A stretch of 64,000 bases of DNA from Nitrospinales bacterium. GTDB taxonomy: Bacteria > Nitrospinota > Nitrospinia > Nitrospinales > VA-1. Where the stretch lies: positions 2,706,236 through 2,770,235 of the forward strand of contig OZ252246.1 in NCBI GenBank assembly GCA_965249625.1, written 5' to 3'. The notes under the pieces were generated by a model. It saw only the letters and a program-made list of their open reading frames with translations, made no database searches and was not told the DNA's origin. The position numbers and the translations under genes are program-made. Positions 34,414 to 43,525 of the stretch are shown here, one piece after another. Every line of letters begins with the position of its first letter. The first letter of the stretch is position 1.

Positions 34414-36075
34414 ATGGATAACAAAAAATTAGAATTATCAGCGCGGTATTATGTTGCTGAAACTGTAATTGGGCTTTTAGGTGCTATTCTAATCGTCTCA
34501 CGTTTTGTCGGTCTGGATGCATCACAGCGTGTACCGGTTCTGAAAATAGTACTTGAGGACATGCAGAATTACCCGCGTGTTGTCGCAGCATTACTTATGG
34601 CCTCTACGTTGTATCTCTTATTTGAATGGAAACAATCACCTAAAGAATCACGCAAATCTTACTGGTCACAAGCCCGTGCTGGTATCACAACTGTTTTTGC
34701 ATTTACATCTCTATGGTTATCCTACCCGGTCATCACAATAAATACAGGTTTTGCAATTTATTCACCGGGATGGTTTTTAGGTTTCCTATTAATCGGATTT
34801 ATACTAGGTGAGTTTATCTCGATTCTGGTATTTTCTTCCTTTATGATTCGAACACAAGAGGAAGCCCGAAACCTTAATCTTCCACGAATACCTGTAGCTA
34901 CTCGCGCTCAATACACAATGTGTATACCAATAGTTATCCTGCTTTTGGTTGCCTTCTTTATACTTCGGCACTACTCTCCAGAAATCATTAAAGAATTTAG
35001 AATTGAGTTTATCTTAATCTGTTTAACTTCCTTTTTTGTAATAGGCGAACAGATTGCTGTCCTGTTCTTAAGCCAGGATGAAAGCGGAAATCGCATTCCT
35101 CTAGCAAAGAAAATTAAAAATATTAAAGAAGCGCATAATGTCCACGATTATTCTTATGACGTTTTTAATATTGGGAAAAAGATAATCGATGAAAAAGTCA
35201 TTGATCTAAAAGCACCACCTCAAGAGATTCAAAAGGCTTTACAGAAAATGAACGCTGAAGAGCCTCAAGCTAGTCCTTATAGAGGCAAACTACTAGAAAC
35301 AATTCAACTTGCCCTTTACTACAAATACAAAGACGGTGATCAAAAAAATAAATCTCCTGAGAACCGGGGGCTAAAAATTGAAAAACAACAAGGAAAGAAA
35401 GACTTGCTTCGTGTGCTCATCACCTTTAAAGACGCAGATAAAGACGCAGAAAAGGAATCTCAAGAGTTAGAGATTCCAATAGACCTTATCGAATCGTGTG
35501 CTGAGGAATATCTTGCGACAAATACCTCCGATGACGATGATTTAGAGTTGGAGAAATTTTTTCCCGTGGCGCTAAATCAGGCAATCGATCAGACCATTTC
35601 TAAAGAGGCTGAACCTTTCTTGTTGCTGATGGCAGCATTGAGAGGTTTAGAGGATCAGGTGGTAGGATTACTGAAGCAGGACATCGATGTCAATAAATCA
35701 CAGAATGGATGGACATCCCTTCTCCATGCCTCGGCAAATGGCTATCCCAGGATTTGTCGAATTTTACTTGATGCTGCAGCAAACCCAGACATTGGGAATA
35801 TCAACAGCATTACACCACTTATGTACGGTGCTCGTTACGGCAATTTGGAGATATGCAAGATCCTACTTGATTTTGGTGCTAATACCGACTTAAAAGATGT
35901 ATATGGAGACACGGCATTAATAATTGCCTCTAGTGGCGGGCATGTAAATATAGTTGATAAACTTCTAGAAGCTGGAGCCGATACAACTATCAAAAATCGC
36001 AATGATATGACAGCCTTAGATATCGCCCATAAGAACAAACAAGGAGAGATCGCGAAAAGACTTCGATTAAGATAA
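34414..36075 (+). CDS. polytopic membrane protein with C-terminal ankyrin repeats
   Basis: The N-terminal ~220 aa contain about six hydrophobic helices. The C-terminus has about four ANK units (GWTSLLHASANGYPRICRILLDAAANPD, ITPLMYGARYGNLEICKILLDFGANTD, GDTALIIASSGGHVNIVDKLLEAGAD, MTALDIAHKN). Confidence 0.7.
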   Translation: MDNKKLELSARYYVAETVIGLLGAILIVSRFVGLDASQRVPVLKIVLEDMQNYPRVVAALLMASTLYLLFEWKQSPKESRKSYWSQARAGITTVFAFTSLWLSYPVITINTGFAIYSPGWFLGFLLIGFILGEFISILVFSSFMIRTQEEARNLNLPRIPVATRAQYTMCIPIVILLLVAFFILRHYSPEIIKEFRIEFILICLTSFFVIGEQIAVLFLSQDESGNRIPLAKKIKNIKEAHNVHDYSYDVFNIGKKIIDEKVIDLKAPPQEIQKALQKMNAEEPQASPYRGKLLETIQLALYYKYKDGDQKNKSPENRGLKIEKQQGKKDLLRVLITFKDADKDAEKESQELEIPIDLIESCAEEYLATNTSDDDDLELEKFFPVALNQAIDQTISKEAEPFLLLMAALRGLEDQVVGLLKQDIDVNKSQNGWTSLLHASANGYPRICRILLDAAANPDIGNINSITPLMYGARYGNLEICKILLDFGANTDLKDVYGDTALIIASSGGHVNIVDKLLEAGADTTIKNRNDMTALDIAHKNKQGEIAKRLRLR

Positions 36076-36172
36076 TTGTTCAAACGTCCGCTTATGGCCG
36101 ATAGCAGACCTTTTGCGCGTGCCCGCTTTTTGGTGCAAAAAGGATTTCAGTGACCAGCGAGAGTTCTCTGCG

Positions 36173-37534
36173 TTAGTGAAGGACCTTAGCGATGAAGACG
36201 ATGCCCACTGCCACAGGGGCGATGTAGCGGATGAGGAATTCCCAGCTTTGCGCCCAGGGAAAGCCGAAAGCGTTTTCGTTTTTTTCGATTTCTTCATGCG
36301 CGTTTTTAGTGCCCCAGACCCAGCCGACGAAAATCGCCGTCAACATGCCGCCCAGCGGCAGTAAATAATTGGAAGCGAGGTTATCGATATGATCGAAAAA
36401 GTTCATGCCGAGAAACTTAACATCTGCCATGACTCCGAACGAAAGCCCTGATGGAATGCCAAACGCAAAAATGGCGGACCCGACAACCAGCACGGCTCTT
36501 TTTCGTTGCCATCCACGCTGGTCGATGAAGTAGGCCACGACCACCTCCAGCAGGGAAATCCCCGAGGTGATGGCGGCAATGGCCAGCAGGACAAAAAAGA
36601 TCACGGCCACGCCATGGCCGAGAGGCATGCTGGCAAATACGGTAGGCAGAACGCTGAAGACCAGTCCCGGGCCTTCGGTAGGTTCGAGGCCCATGGCGAA
36701 CACTGCTGGGAAGATGACCATGCCGACCAGAAGAGCGATGAGCGTGTCGAACATTACGACATAAACGGTGGAAGAGGTCAGGCTTTCCTTTTCCGACAGG
36801 TAACTGCCGTAAGTGATCATGCACCCCATCCCCAGGCTGAGTGAAAAGAAGGCGTGCCCTAAAGCAGTCAGCACTACGTTGGCACTGATCTTACTGAAGT
36901 CGGGAGTTAAATAAAAGGCCACGCCTTCCATCGCTCCATCGAGAGTGAGGGAGCGAATCATCAGCAGAATCAGGATGATGACCAGAGTCGGCATGAGGAT
37001 GTCGCAGACTTTTTCGATGCCGCCATGCACGCCTCTTAAGACGATGGCGATGCAGGTTCCCATGAACAGCGCATGATAGAAAAGCACTTCCCCGGTATTT
37101 CCTGTAAAACTTGCAAAAAACTCGCCCGCTTCCTTAGGGGAGGGGAACGCCAGCACGGAACCGGTGATGGATTTCGCGACATAAGCGAAAGTCCAACCGC
37201 CCACCACACCATAAAAGGAAAGGATGAAGAATCCGGCGAGCACACCCATATAGCCAATGCTGGTCCACGGAGATTTGGGTTGCAGTTGTTCAAAAGCACC
37301 GACCGGATTGCGATTGGTTTTTCGGCCCAGAATGAACTCGGCCAGCACGATGGGGGTGCCGATCACGAAGATGCAGACCAGATAAATGAGCACAAACGCC
37401 CCACCGCCATTCTGCCCCACTATATATGGAAACTTCCAGACATTACCGAGCCCCACAGCAGAACCGGAGGCGGCCAGGATGAACCCCCAGCGACTGCCCC
37501 AGGACCCGCGCTGATTATTGCTTTCGGTCTTCAT
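36173..37534 (-). CDS. sodium-dependent transporter, SNF (neurotransmitter:sodium symporter) family
   Basis: GSRWGFILAASGSAVGLGNVWKFPY, the hallmark NSS N-terminal motif. About 12 TM segments. Confidence 0.9.
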   Translation of the reverse strand: MKTESNNQRGSWGSRWGFILAASGSAVGLGNVWKFPYIVGQNGGGAFVLIYLVCIFVIGTPIVLAEFILGRKTNRNPVGAFEQLQPKSPWTSIGYMGVLAGFFILSFYGVVGGWTFAYVAKSITGSVLAFPSPKEAGEFFASFTGNTGEVLFYHALFMGTCIAIVLRGVHGGIEKVCDILMPTLVIILILLMIRSLTLDGAMEGVAFYLTPDFSKISANVVLTALGHAFFSLSLGMGCMITYGSYLSEKESLTSSTVYVVMFDTLIALLVGMVIFPAVFAMGLEPTEGPGLVFSVLPTVFASMPLGHGVAVIFFVLLAIAAITSGISLLEVVVAYFIDQRGWQRKRAVLVVGSAIFAFGIPSGLSFGVMADVKFLGMNFFDHIDNLASNYLLPLGGMLTAIFVGWVWGTKNAHEEIEKNENAFGFPWAQSWEFLIRYIAPVAVGIVFIAKVLH

Positions 37535-37538
37535 CTAG

Positions 37539-39425
37539 ATGGGAGTATACTTTCAAGATGACTCGTTGCTGGCAACCGGGAGGTTTCCTCTGAAAAAAGT
37601 AGTCGATGATATCATAGAAAATATTCCCAAGCTACCCGGAATTTATATCATGAAGGATTCCCGGTCGGAAATTCTTTATATCGGCAAGGCTAAAATCCTG
37701 AGAAACCGGGTGCGTTCTTATTTCCAGAATTCCCGCACCCTCCACCCCAGGACGAGGATGTTTTTGGACAAAGTCCGCAACATCAAGTTTTTGACCACCA
37801 AGACCGAAGCCGAAGCACTGATCCTGGAAAGTAATTTCGTTAAGAAGCATCAACCCCGCTATAACGTCCTGCTCAAGGACGACAAGCATTACCCTTATTT
37901 GCGTTTGACCACGCAGGAGAAATTTCCAAGGCTGGAGGTGGTGCGCCGGGTACGAAAAGACAAGGCGGTCTATTTCGGTCCTTATACCATGGTCAAGGAA
38001 GTCCGTGAAACGATCCGGCTGATTTATAAAATCTTTCCGCTTCGCCAGAGCAAAGACAAGCTGAGTGGAGAACCCATGCGCCGTCCTTGCCTCAACCACC
38101 AGATGGGCCGGTGCCTGGCCCCGTGCGCCGGAAAGGTTTCTCCCGACGAATACAAGAAAGTGGTTGAGGATGTGGAGCTGTTCCTCAAAGGCAAAAACAC
38201 GTCGCTCTTGAAAAACCTGAAGGCGGGCATGGAAGCGGCGTCTGCAGAGACGCGCTACGAAGAAGCCGCGATTTTCCGGGATAAAATCCAGGCTGTGCAA
38301 ACGGTGCTCGACAAACAGAAAATCATCTCTACCTCTCTGCAGGATCAGGATGTCATTGCCTATTGTTCCGAAAAGGATCAGGCCATGGCACAGGTGCTGA
38401 TCATCCGTGATGGAAAAATGCTGAGTGAAAAAATATTCAAGATGAAATCGCTCAACGAAATGGAAGAAGATGAAACCCTGTCCTCTTTTCTCAAACAGTA
38501 TTACGCTGAAGAGGTGGTTCTGCCCACTGAAATTTTATTGCCCCATCCTGTTGAAGATTCCGATTTGATCGCCGACTGGCTGTCAGAAAAAAAAGGAACC
38601 CAGGTGAGGCTCGAAACTCCTGTAATCGGTAAAAAACGCGATCTTGTGAGAATGGCGGAAGAAAACGCCCGCTTTGCCATGAGAATGGAGCGCGACAAGG
38701 GCAATGTTGGCACCCGCTCGCTGGAAGAACTGCAAACGGCTCTCGGCCTGAACCATTTTCCGGAAGTGATTGAAGGGTTTGATTTGTCCAATATATCGGG
38801 AAGCCACGCGGTGGGTTCAATGGTGGTGTTTGAAAACGCCCTGGCAGAAAAATCTAAATACCGCCGCTACAAAATTGCCACGGTAAAAGGAATTGACGAT
38901 TACGCCATGCTGAGAGAGGTGATGACCCGCCGTTATCGCCGCCTCCTCAACGAGGGCAGTCCGTTGCCCAATCTGGTGCTCATCGACGGGGGTAAAGGCC
39001 ATTTGAACTCCGGCCGGGAAGTTTTTGAGGCCTTGGGACTTCTTGACCGGGTTGATCTGGCCTGCATCGCCAAGGGGAAATATCGCAACAATCTTGATAC
39101 GGATGAGGTTTATTTATTGCACAAAAAAGAACCGGTGCTTTTTAAAGAGAACTCCCCTTCCCGGTTTCTCATGCAACGGATTCGCGATGAGGCGCACCGG
39201 TTTGCCATTTCCCATCACCGTCGATTACGCGACAAGGAGGCTTTGAGTTCGCCGTTGGAAAACATTCCGGGTATCGGCAAAAAACGCCGATTGCTGCTTT
39301 TAAAGCAATTTGGTAGTCTGGAAAATATCCGCAATGCTTCGGTGCAGGAACTGACCACCCTGCCGGGCATCACCCTGTCTCTGGCAGAAAAACTCCGCCA
39401 CCGGCCAGCGGCCAAGGGCAACTAG
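37539..39425 (+). CDS. uvrC: excinuclease ABC subunit C
   Basis: GIY-YIG (PGIYIMKD..ILYIGKAKILRNRVRSYF), a UVR domain, the endonuclease region and a C-terminal (HhH)2. The start is uncertain: ATG 37539 lies 4 nt from the divergent transporter start. An in-frame CTG at 37590 has a GGGAGG SD 6 nt upstream. Confidence 0.9.
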   Translation: MGVYFQDDSLLATGRFPLKKVVDDIIENIPKLPGIYIMKDSRSEILYIGKAKILRNRVRSYFQNSRTLHPRTRMFLDKVRNIKFLTTKTEAEALILESNFVKKHQPRYNVLLKDDKHYPYLRLTTQEKFPRLEVVRRVRKDKAVYFGPYTMVKEVRETIRLIYKIFPLRQSKDKLSGEPMRRPCLNHQMGRCLAPCAGKVSPDEYKKVVEDVELFLKGKNTSLLKNLKAGMEAASAETRYEEAAIFRDKIQAVQTVLDKQKIISTSLQDQDVIAYCSEKDQAMAQVLIIRDGKMLSEKIFKMKSLNEMEEDETLSSFLKQYYAEEVVLPTEILLPHPVEDSDLIADWLSEKKGTQVRLETPVIGKKRDLVRMAEENARFAMRMERDKGNVGTRSLEELQTALGLNHFPEVIEGFDLSNISGSHAVGSMVVFENALAEKSKYRRYKIATVKGIDDYAMLREVMTRRYRRLLNEGSPLPNLVLIDGGKGHLNSGREVFEALGLLDRVDLACIAKGKYRNNLDTDEVYLLHKKEPVLFKENSPSRFLMQRIRDEAHRFAISHHRRLRDKEALSSPLENIPGIGKKRRLLLLKQFGSLENIRNASVQELTTLPGITLSLAEKLRHRPAAKGN

Positions 39426-39637
39426 CAATGGCTTTCATCTGCCAGCAAAGAGTTGTCTCGGCTGATAAGACTATTGCCAGTTTCCTCCCACGGGAGTGGG
39501 TGGCTTTTATCTGCGCTCAATCGTGTATGGGTGATATTTCAAAAATAACGGGTTGTCTTTTGGGCACGATGTTTTTGCTGGTTGCTGTCTCCGAAAAAAG
39601 TTGGGGGGGGGCAGGTGTCCGATATGGGGGAAATTAA

Positions 39638-40003
39638 ATCTCAATAAATGTTAACCTGCCGTTTCATAAAGCCTGGCTGGAGGAAGAGGAACACCGGGAA
39701 GTTGAAGATACCCTGAACTCCGGCTGGCTGACCACGGGTCCCAAAACCCAAAAATTTGAAGAGGCATTCAAAGACTATATAGGGTGCAAGCACACGGTGG
39801 CCTTGAACTCCTGCGCGGCAGGATTGAACCTGGCCCTGCACCTGCAACCTTATTATGTGAAAAACTTCAACACCAAGCCTCAGGATTTCCCCGTCGCTTC
39901 AAATTATTCCGAACGGGTCACCAGCCTGCCCCTGTATCCGAAAATGTCTCCCGATGATGTGGAACGAGTGATCGGAACCGTGAAGGTTCTCGCCTTGCAC
40001 TAA
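39638..40003 (+). pseudogene. DegT/DnrJ/EryC1-type aminotransferase remnant with a large internal deletion and no start codon
   Basis: The N-terminal ~65 aa (LPFHKAWLEEEEHREVEDTLNSGWLTTGPKTQKFEEAFKDYIGCKHTVALNSCAAGLNLALHL) are joined directly to the C-terminal ~50 aa (QPYY...DFPVASNYSERVTSLPLYPKMSPDDVERVI). The PLP-lysine core is missing. Confidence 0.75.
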
Positions 40004-40046
40004 CCTGGGGATTCTTCACTGCGTTCAGAATGACAAGAAACGCCAG

Positions 40047-40181
40047 ATGCCGCTTGCAGACAAGCAATATAGCGGAAAATTTATGGTGCGTATTCTGCCG
40101 GAGCAACACAGAAACCTGGTGATGCAGGCGACAGAACAAGGCATCAGCCTGAACCGTTATATTTCCAGCAAACTCCACTAG
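40047..40181 (+). pseudogene. HicB-family antitoxin C-terminal (RHH) fragment
   Basis: 44 codons: ...YSGKFMVRILPEQHRNLVMQATEQGISLNRYISSKLH*. This matches the conserved HicB C-terminal DNA-binding tail. The N-terminal HicB fold and hicA are absent, and a MITE fragment abuts its 5' side. Confidence 0.6.
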
Positions 40182-40401
40182 GCGTGGGGCCAGCGTGACC
40201 GCCGAAAAGCTTCAATGTTCCCCTCACTTCATAGAGAAGGGCTAGGGGAGGGGGTTGTGTGGTACGCCCTCTTTTTAAAGTACCCCTGTGGGGCAATGAG
40301 GCTAATGTTGGGGATACCACATACACGTTCCGGGCATGAAGGTAGTTGAAGAAATATCACAAGGACTGAGGTAATTTGCATTATTCATATTTTATATTTT
40401 T

Positions 40402-41121
40402 TTGCATAAGATGAAGAATCAATATTTTGGGGATATAAATGATTATCGCAAATATGGCCTAATTCGTATTCTGGCTAATGATGGAATTATAAGAACAGGA
40501 GTTTGTTGGATGCTTACTCCAGACGATACCAGAGCGGATGGAAAATTTACTGAGTACCTTGCTGAACCCAAAAAATATAGAGAGTTTGATCCAGGTTTGT
40601 ATGATTTTCTAGGCCAATGTTTAAAAGCAAATTTAAGAGATATACATGAAATCTCTGGTTCTGATAAATTTCCTAATGCTATTTTTTATAACCCAATATT
40701 AGAAGATGATGTTGCTCGGAGAGAACAATATTTTTCGAGTATGTTTAAGTTGTTTCAAGATGCTGATTTGATATTTTTTGATCCAGACAATGGCCTGGAA
40801 ATTAAATCCAGGTCTCTAGGGCAGAAAGACTCTTCAAAATATCTGTACTGGTTTGAAGTTGCTGAATGTTATGAAGCGGGTCATTCTATTTTGATATATC
40901 AGCATTTCATTCGCGAAAATAGAGATGATTTTATATCAAAAAAATTAAGAAAGATTCATATAGAAACAGGCAGTAAAAATATTATTTCCCTCCAAACGCC
41001 TCATGTTGTGTTTTTTCTCGTTCCCCAAGACAAACATAATGAGTACTTTTTGAAAAGAACTGAAATGGTTTCAAAAGTTTGGAATGGGCAAATTAAGGTG
41101 TCCTTTCATTCTTTTTCCTGA
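40402..41121 (+). CDS. hypothetical protein (239 aa) with conserved-looking acidic motifs
   Basis: AT-rich ORF with motifs YFGDINDYRKYGLIRIL and LIFFDPDNGLEIKS...YQHF. I cannot assign a family. Confidence 0.55.
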   Translation: MHKMKNQYFGDINDYRKYGLIRILANDGIIRTGVCWMLTPDDTRADGKFTEYLAEPKKYREFDPGLYDFLGQCLKANLRDIHEISGSDKFPNAIFYNPILEDDVARREQYFSSMFKLFQDADLIFFDPDNGLEIKSRSLGQKDSSKYLYWFEVAECYEAGHSILIYQHFIRENRDDFISKKLRKIHIETGSKNIISLQTPHVVFFLVPQDKHNEYFLKRTEMVSKVWNGQIKVSFHSFS

Positions 41122-41401
41122 TTTACGCTGTCAATAAAGAGACAAAGAACGGGTGTCAGGCCGAGTTGGCCAAAAAAATGTAAATTACCCCAACCCTCTT
41201 TAACAAAGAGGGAGTTAAAACCCAAATCGCTTTTGCCCGTCATCGCGAACCGCAAAACGGTGTGGCGATCTAGGTTCTGGATTGCTTCGTCATCTTGTTC
41301 CTCGCAACGACAGCAACCCCCTCAGTCCTCCTTGTCAGGGGGAAGATCAAACATCTTCTCATCCGTGTTTATCCGTGTTCATCTGTGGTTGGTCAGGGGT
41401 T

Positions 41402-42373
41402 TCATATGTTCTGGAATATCCTTATCAACTTCTTCACCGAGCCGGATTGCAGAGCTTTGAAAATTTTTTCTACTTGTACGGATAATTCTTTTTCGCTCTG
41501 GAACTTCAGTTCCAGTTTCAATTCGTTACTCTCAAACGTATCCTGAAACCGGAGCTTGGTTTTGTCGTCCAGTTCCATTTCATTGAGAGCGCGGGCGACC
41601 CGCTTTCTCATGTCTGACAGGACCGGATAACGCAGGCCATAAAGTATTTTGTGGATCTGTTCATATTGCTGGGGAGCCGGTAAGTCCGATGCCGCCAGGG
41701 TTTTTTGAAGTTCGTCGCGGGATAAAATTTCTCCCGGTGTGGTGTTTTCCCGTGTCGCGACTTCGTCGACGAGTTCCAGCAGGTCCCGCCATTTGTTGAC
41801 CCCCGGTTTGAGGGCAGAAAACAAATTTTCGGCTTCTTCCAGACGGTCCCATTTATAAAAATTGCTGAAGGTTTTAACCGGAACTCCGGCACGGTGCAGC
41901 AGGATTTGCATCTTGGGGCTTAAGGATTTGACGCTGGACAAGTCCAAAAATATTTTTTTACTGCGTTCCAATTCCAGTAAAGGCATATACTCTTCAATAA
42001 TGGTTTCATCAGAAATTCTAGAATGCTTGAGTTTGTTAAGGATGATTCCCTTTTCAATGTCGCTATAATGCCGCTGCCCGAAATTTTCGTTCAGGTTTAT
42101 GACCAATCGAGATGCATTATCTATTTCAGGTATGATGAAGGCGGGGATGCTGGTTAAGCCTGACCGGGGGGCCGCCTGGAAACGTTTATGTCCGCTGACG
42201 ATTGCATAGCGATTCCCGGATAGGCAGACCGAAATAGGGTGCCGGATGCCGATCACTTTGATTGAGTCCATTAACTTTTCCGGACAGCCGTCCAGCGAGA
42301 AATCCGTCAACTGGTCTTCAGGGTCGATATCTGTTATCGGGATTTCGGAAACATCAGAAAGTTTGATTTTCAT
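41402..42373 (-). CDS. ParB/Srx-fold N-terminal domain protein
   Basis: N-terminal IRHPISVCLSGNRYAIVSGHKRFQAA (ParB box GxxR-type). The long helical C-terminal region has no obvious HTH. Confidence 0.65.
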   Translation of the reverse strand: MKIKLSDVSEIPITDIDPEDQLTDFSLDGCPEKLMDSIKVIGIRHPISVCLSGNRYAIVSGHKRFQAAPRSGLTSIPAFIIPEIDNASRLVINLNENFGQRHYSDIEKGIILNKLKHSRISDETIIEEYMPLLELERSKKIFLDLSSVKSLSPKMQILLHRAGVPVKTFSNFYKWDRLEEAENLFSALKPGVNKWRDLLELVDEVATRENTTPGEILSRDELQKTLAASDLPAPQQYEQIHKILYGLRYPVLSDMRKRVARALNEMELDDKTKLRFQDTFESNELKLELKFQSEKELSVQVEKIFKALQSGSVKKLIRIFQNI

Positions 42374-42424
42374 GCAATCGATCCAATCAAAATTAAGTTG
42401 TGTCCCATTGAGACCTTTACAGAA

Positions 42425-42538
42425 GTTGAAAAAACAGAACGGCGAGATTCTTCACTTCGTTCAGAATGAGAAGAAGAGACCGCTTTGTCATTCTGAGGAG
42501 CGTTTGCGACGAAGAATCTCGGGTTTTGCAAAGGTCTC
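42425..42538. mobile_element. 5'-truncated MITE copy overlapping the predicted start of the FGE-like gene
   Basis: GTTGAAAAAACAGAACGGCGAGATTCTTCAC...TTTTGCAAAGGTCTC. The left terminal block is missing. Confidence 0.65.
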
Positions 42539-43403
42539 TTTATGCCTGCTTTTTGTTTTCATTCTTTCCGGTTGTCTGGAAGAAATTCCTCAAGGCATGG
42601 TTTTGATTCCTTCAGGAGAGTTTACCATTGGAACCGACCAGACGGATGAGGAAAACCACGCGCTTTCTTTAGGGCTAAACAAGCCTTGGTTTGCCGACGA
42701 GTCGCCGGAGCGGCGTATCGACATCCCCGATTATTATATTGACCGGTTTGAGGTGACCAACCTGCAATATTTTATTTTTTGCCAGGCCAGCGACCACAAA
42801 CCGCCACGTTATTGGAAGGGCGAAAAATTTCCCGAAGGGCAGGAGCTCTTCCCAGTCACGGAAGTGAATTATTTTGACGCCAGCGCCTACGCCAAATGGG
42901 CCGGCAAGCGCTTGCCTAATGAAAAGGAGTGGGAAAAAGCGGCGAGGGGTCGGGCGGGATTCATCTATCCCTGGGGCGATGATTTTTTACCAGGCGTTGC
43001 CAACCTAAGTCTTTCCCCCAGAACAAAAACAGGACAGGGATTGAAACCGGTCGGCAGTTTTCCTAAAAGCGCCAGTCCTTACAGGGTGCACGATATGATC
43101 GGCAACGCCTGGGAATGGGTCTGGGAATATTATCAGCCTTATCCTGGCAACAGGCTTAAAAACCCGGCCTATGAAAAAAAAGAGATCGTGGTGCGGGGCT
43201 TGTCGTATATGGGTGTGGGGCATTTCAGTAACAAGGATTATTTAAAGGTTGTCTCGCTCAAGGCCCGGGCTTCTTACCGCGCGCGCCTCAATCCGCTGGC
43301 ACGGAAAAAGGATGTCGGTTTTCGTTGCGCCAAAGATCGCCCGTCATTTATGGAAAGGGTTTTTGGCATCAAATCCGCCGAGCCGAAAGAAACGGCAGTA
43401 TAA
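42504..43403 (+). CDS. formylglycine-generating enzyme (SUMF1/FGE) family lipoprotein
   Basis: FGE-sulfatase domain motifs (FEVTNLQY, YPWGDDF, GNAWEWV, VVRGLSY). A TTG at 42504 gives MRRRISGFAKVSLCLLFVFILSGC (signal peptide plus lipobox). The longer tracked ORF (42246) overlaps the ParB-like gene. Confidence 0.75.
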   Translation: MRRRISGFAKVSLCLLFVFILSGCLEEIPQGMVLIPSGEFTIGTDQTDEENHALSLGLNKPWFADESPERRIDIPDYYIDRFEVTNLQYFIFCQASDHKPPRYWKGEKFPEGQELFPVTEVNYFDASAYAKWAGKRLPNEKEWEKAARGRAGFIYPWGDDFLPGVANLSLSPRTKTGQGLKPVGSFPKSASPYRVHDMIGNAWEWVWEYYQPYPGNRLKNPAYEKKEIVVRGLSYMGVGHFSNKDYLKVVSLKARASYRARLNPLARKKDVGFRCAKDRPSFMERVFGIKSAEPKETAV

Positions 43404-43525
43404 AAAATTGCTTGGAATGGTGGTTGTTTTCACTGATTTTAATGGAGTAGTATAATATTATCGTCCTGTTTAATTCCCCGTTTTGTTCGGAATGTTAACC
43501 CGCAATTTTAAGGTTAGAAAACGTT

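Noticed and set aside
36109-36142. Possible bidirectional terminator between the ankyrin gene and the SNF transporter (CCTTTTGC...GCAAAAAGG)
   Set aside because: The stem is short and the internal region is poorly paired. I did not consider it solid enough to list as a feature.
39428-39637. 69-aa ORF immediately after uvrC
   Set aside because: It contains dispersed-repeat sequence, including CCAGCAAAGAGTTGTCTCGGC (the reverse complement of a segment near 12072-12092) and CTCCCACGGGAGTGGG. It also has a G9 run and no SD. It is probably non-coding.
41233-41546. Three overlapping plus-strand ORFs after the 239-aa gene
   Set aside because: They overlap each other and the 3' end of the ParB-like gene. 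The sequences are low-complexity and no start context is present.
43404-43525. Looked for a cobalamin or SAM riboswitch upstream of metH
   Set aside because: Only about 120 nt are available. I see no B12-box or SAM-I/II conserved core, only promoter-like AT-rich sequence. A covariance-model scan would be needed to be sure.
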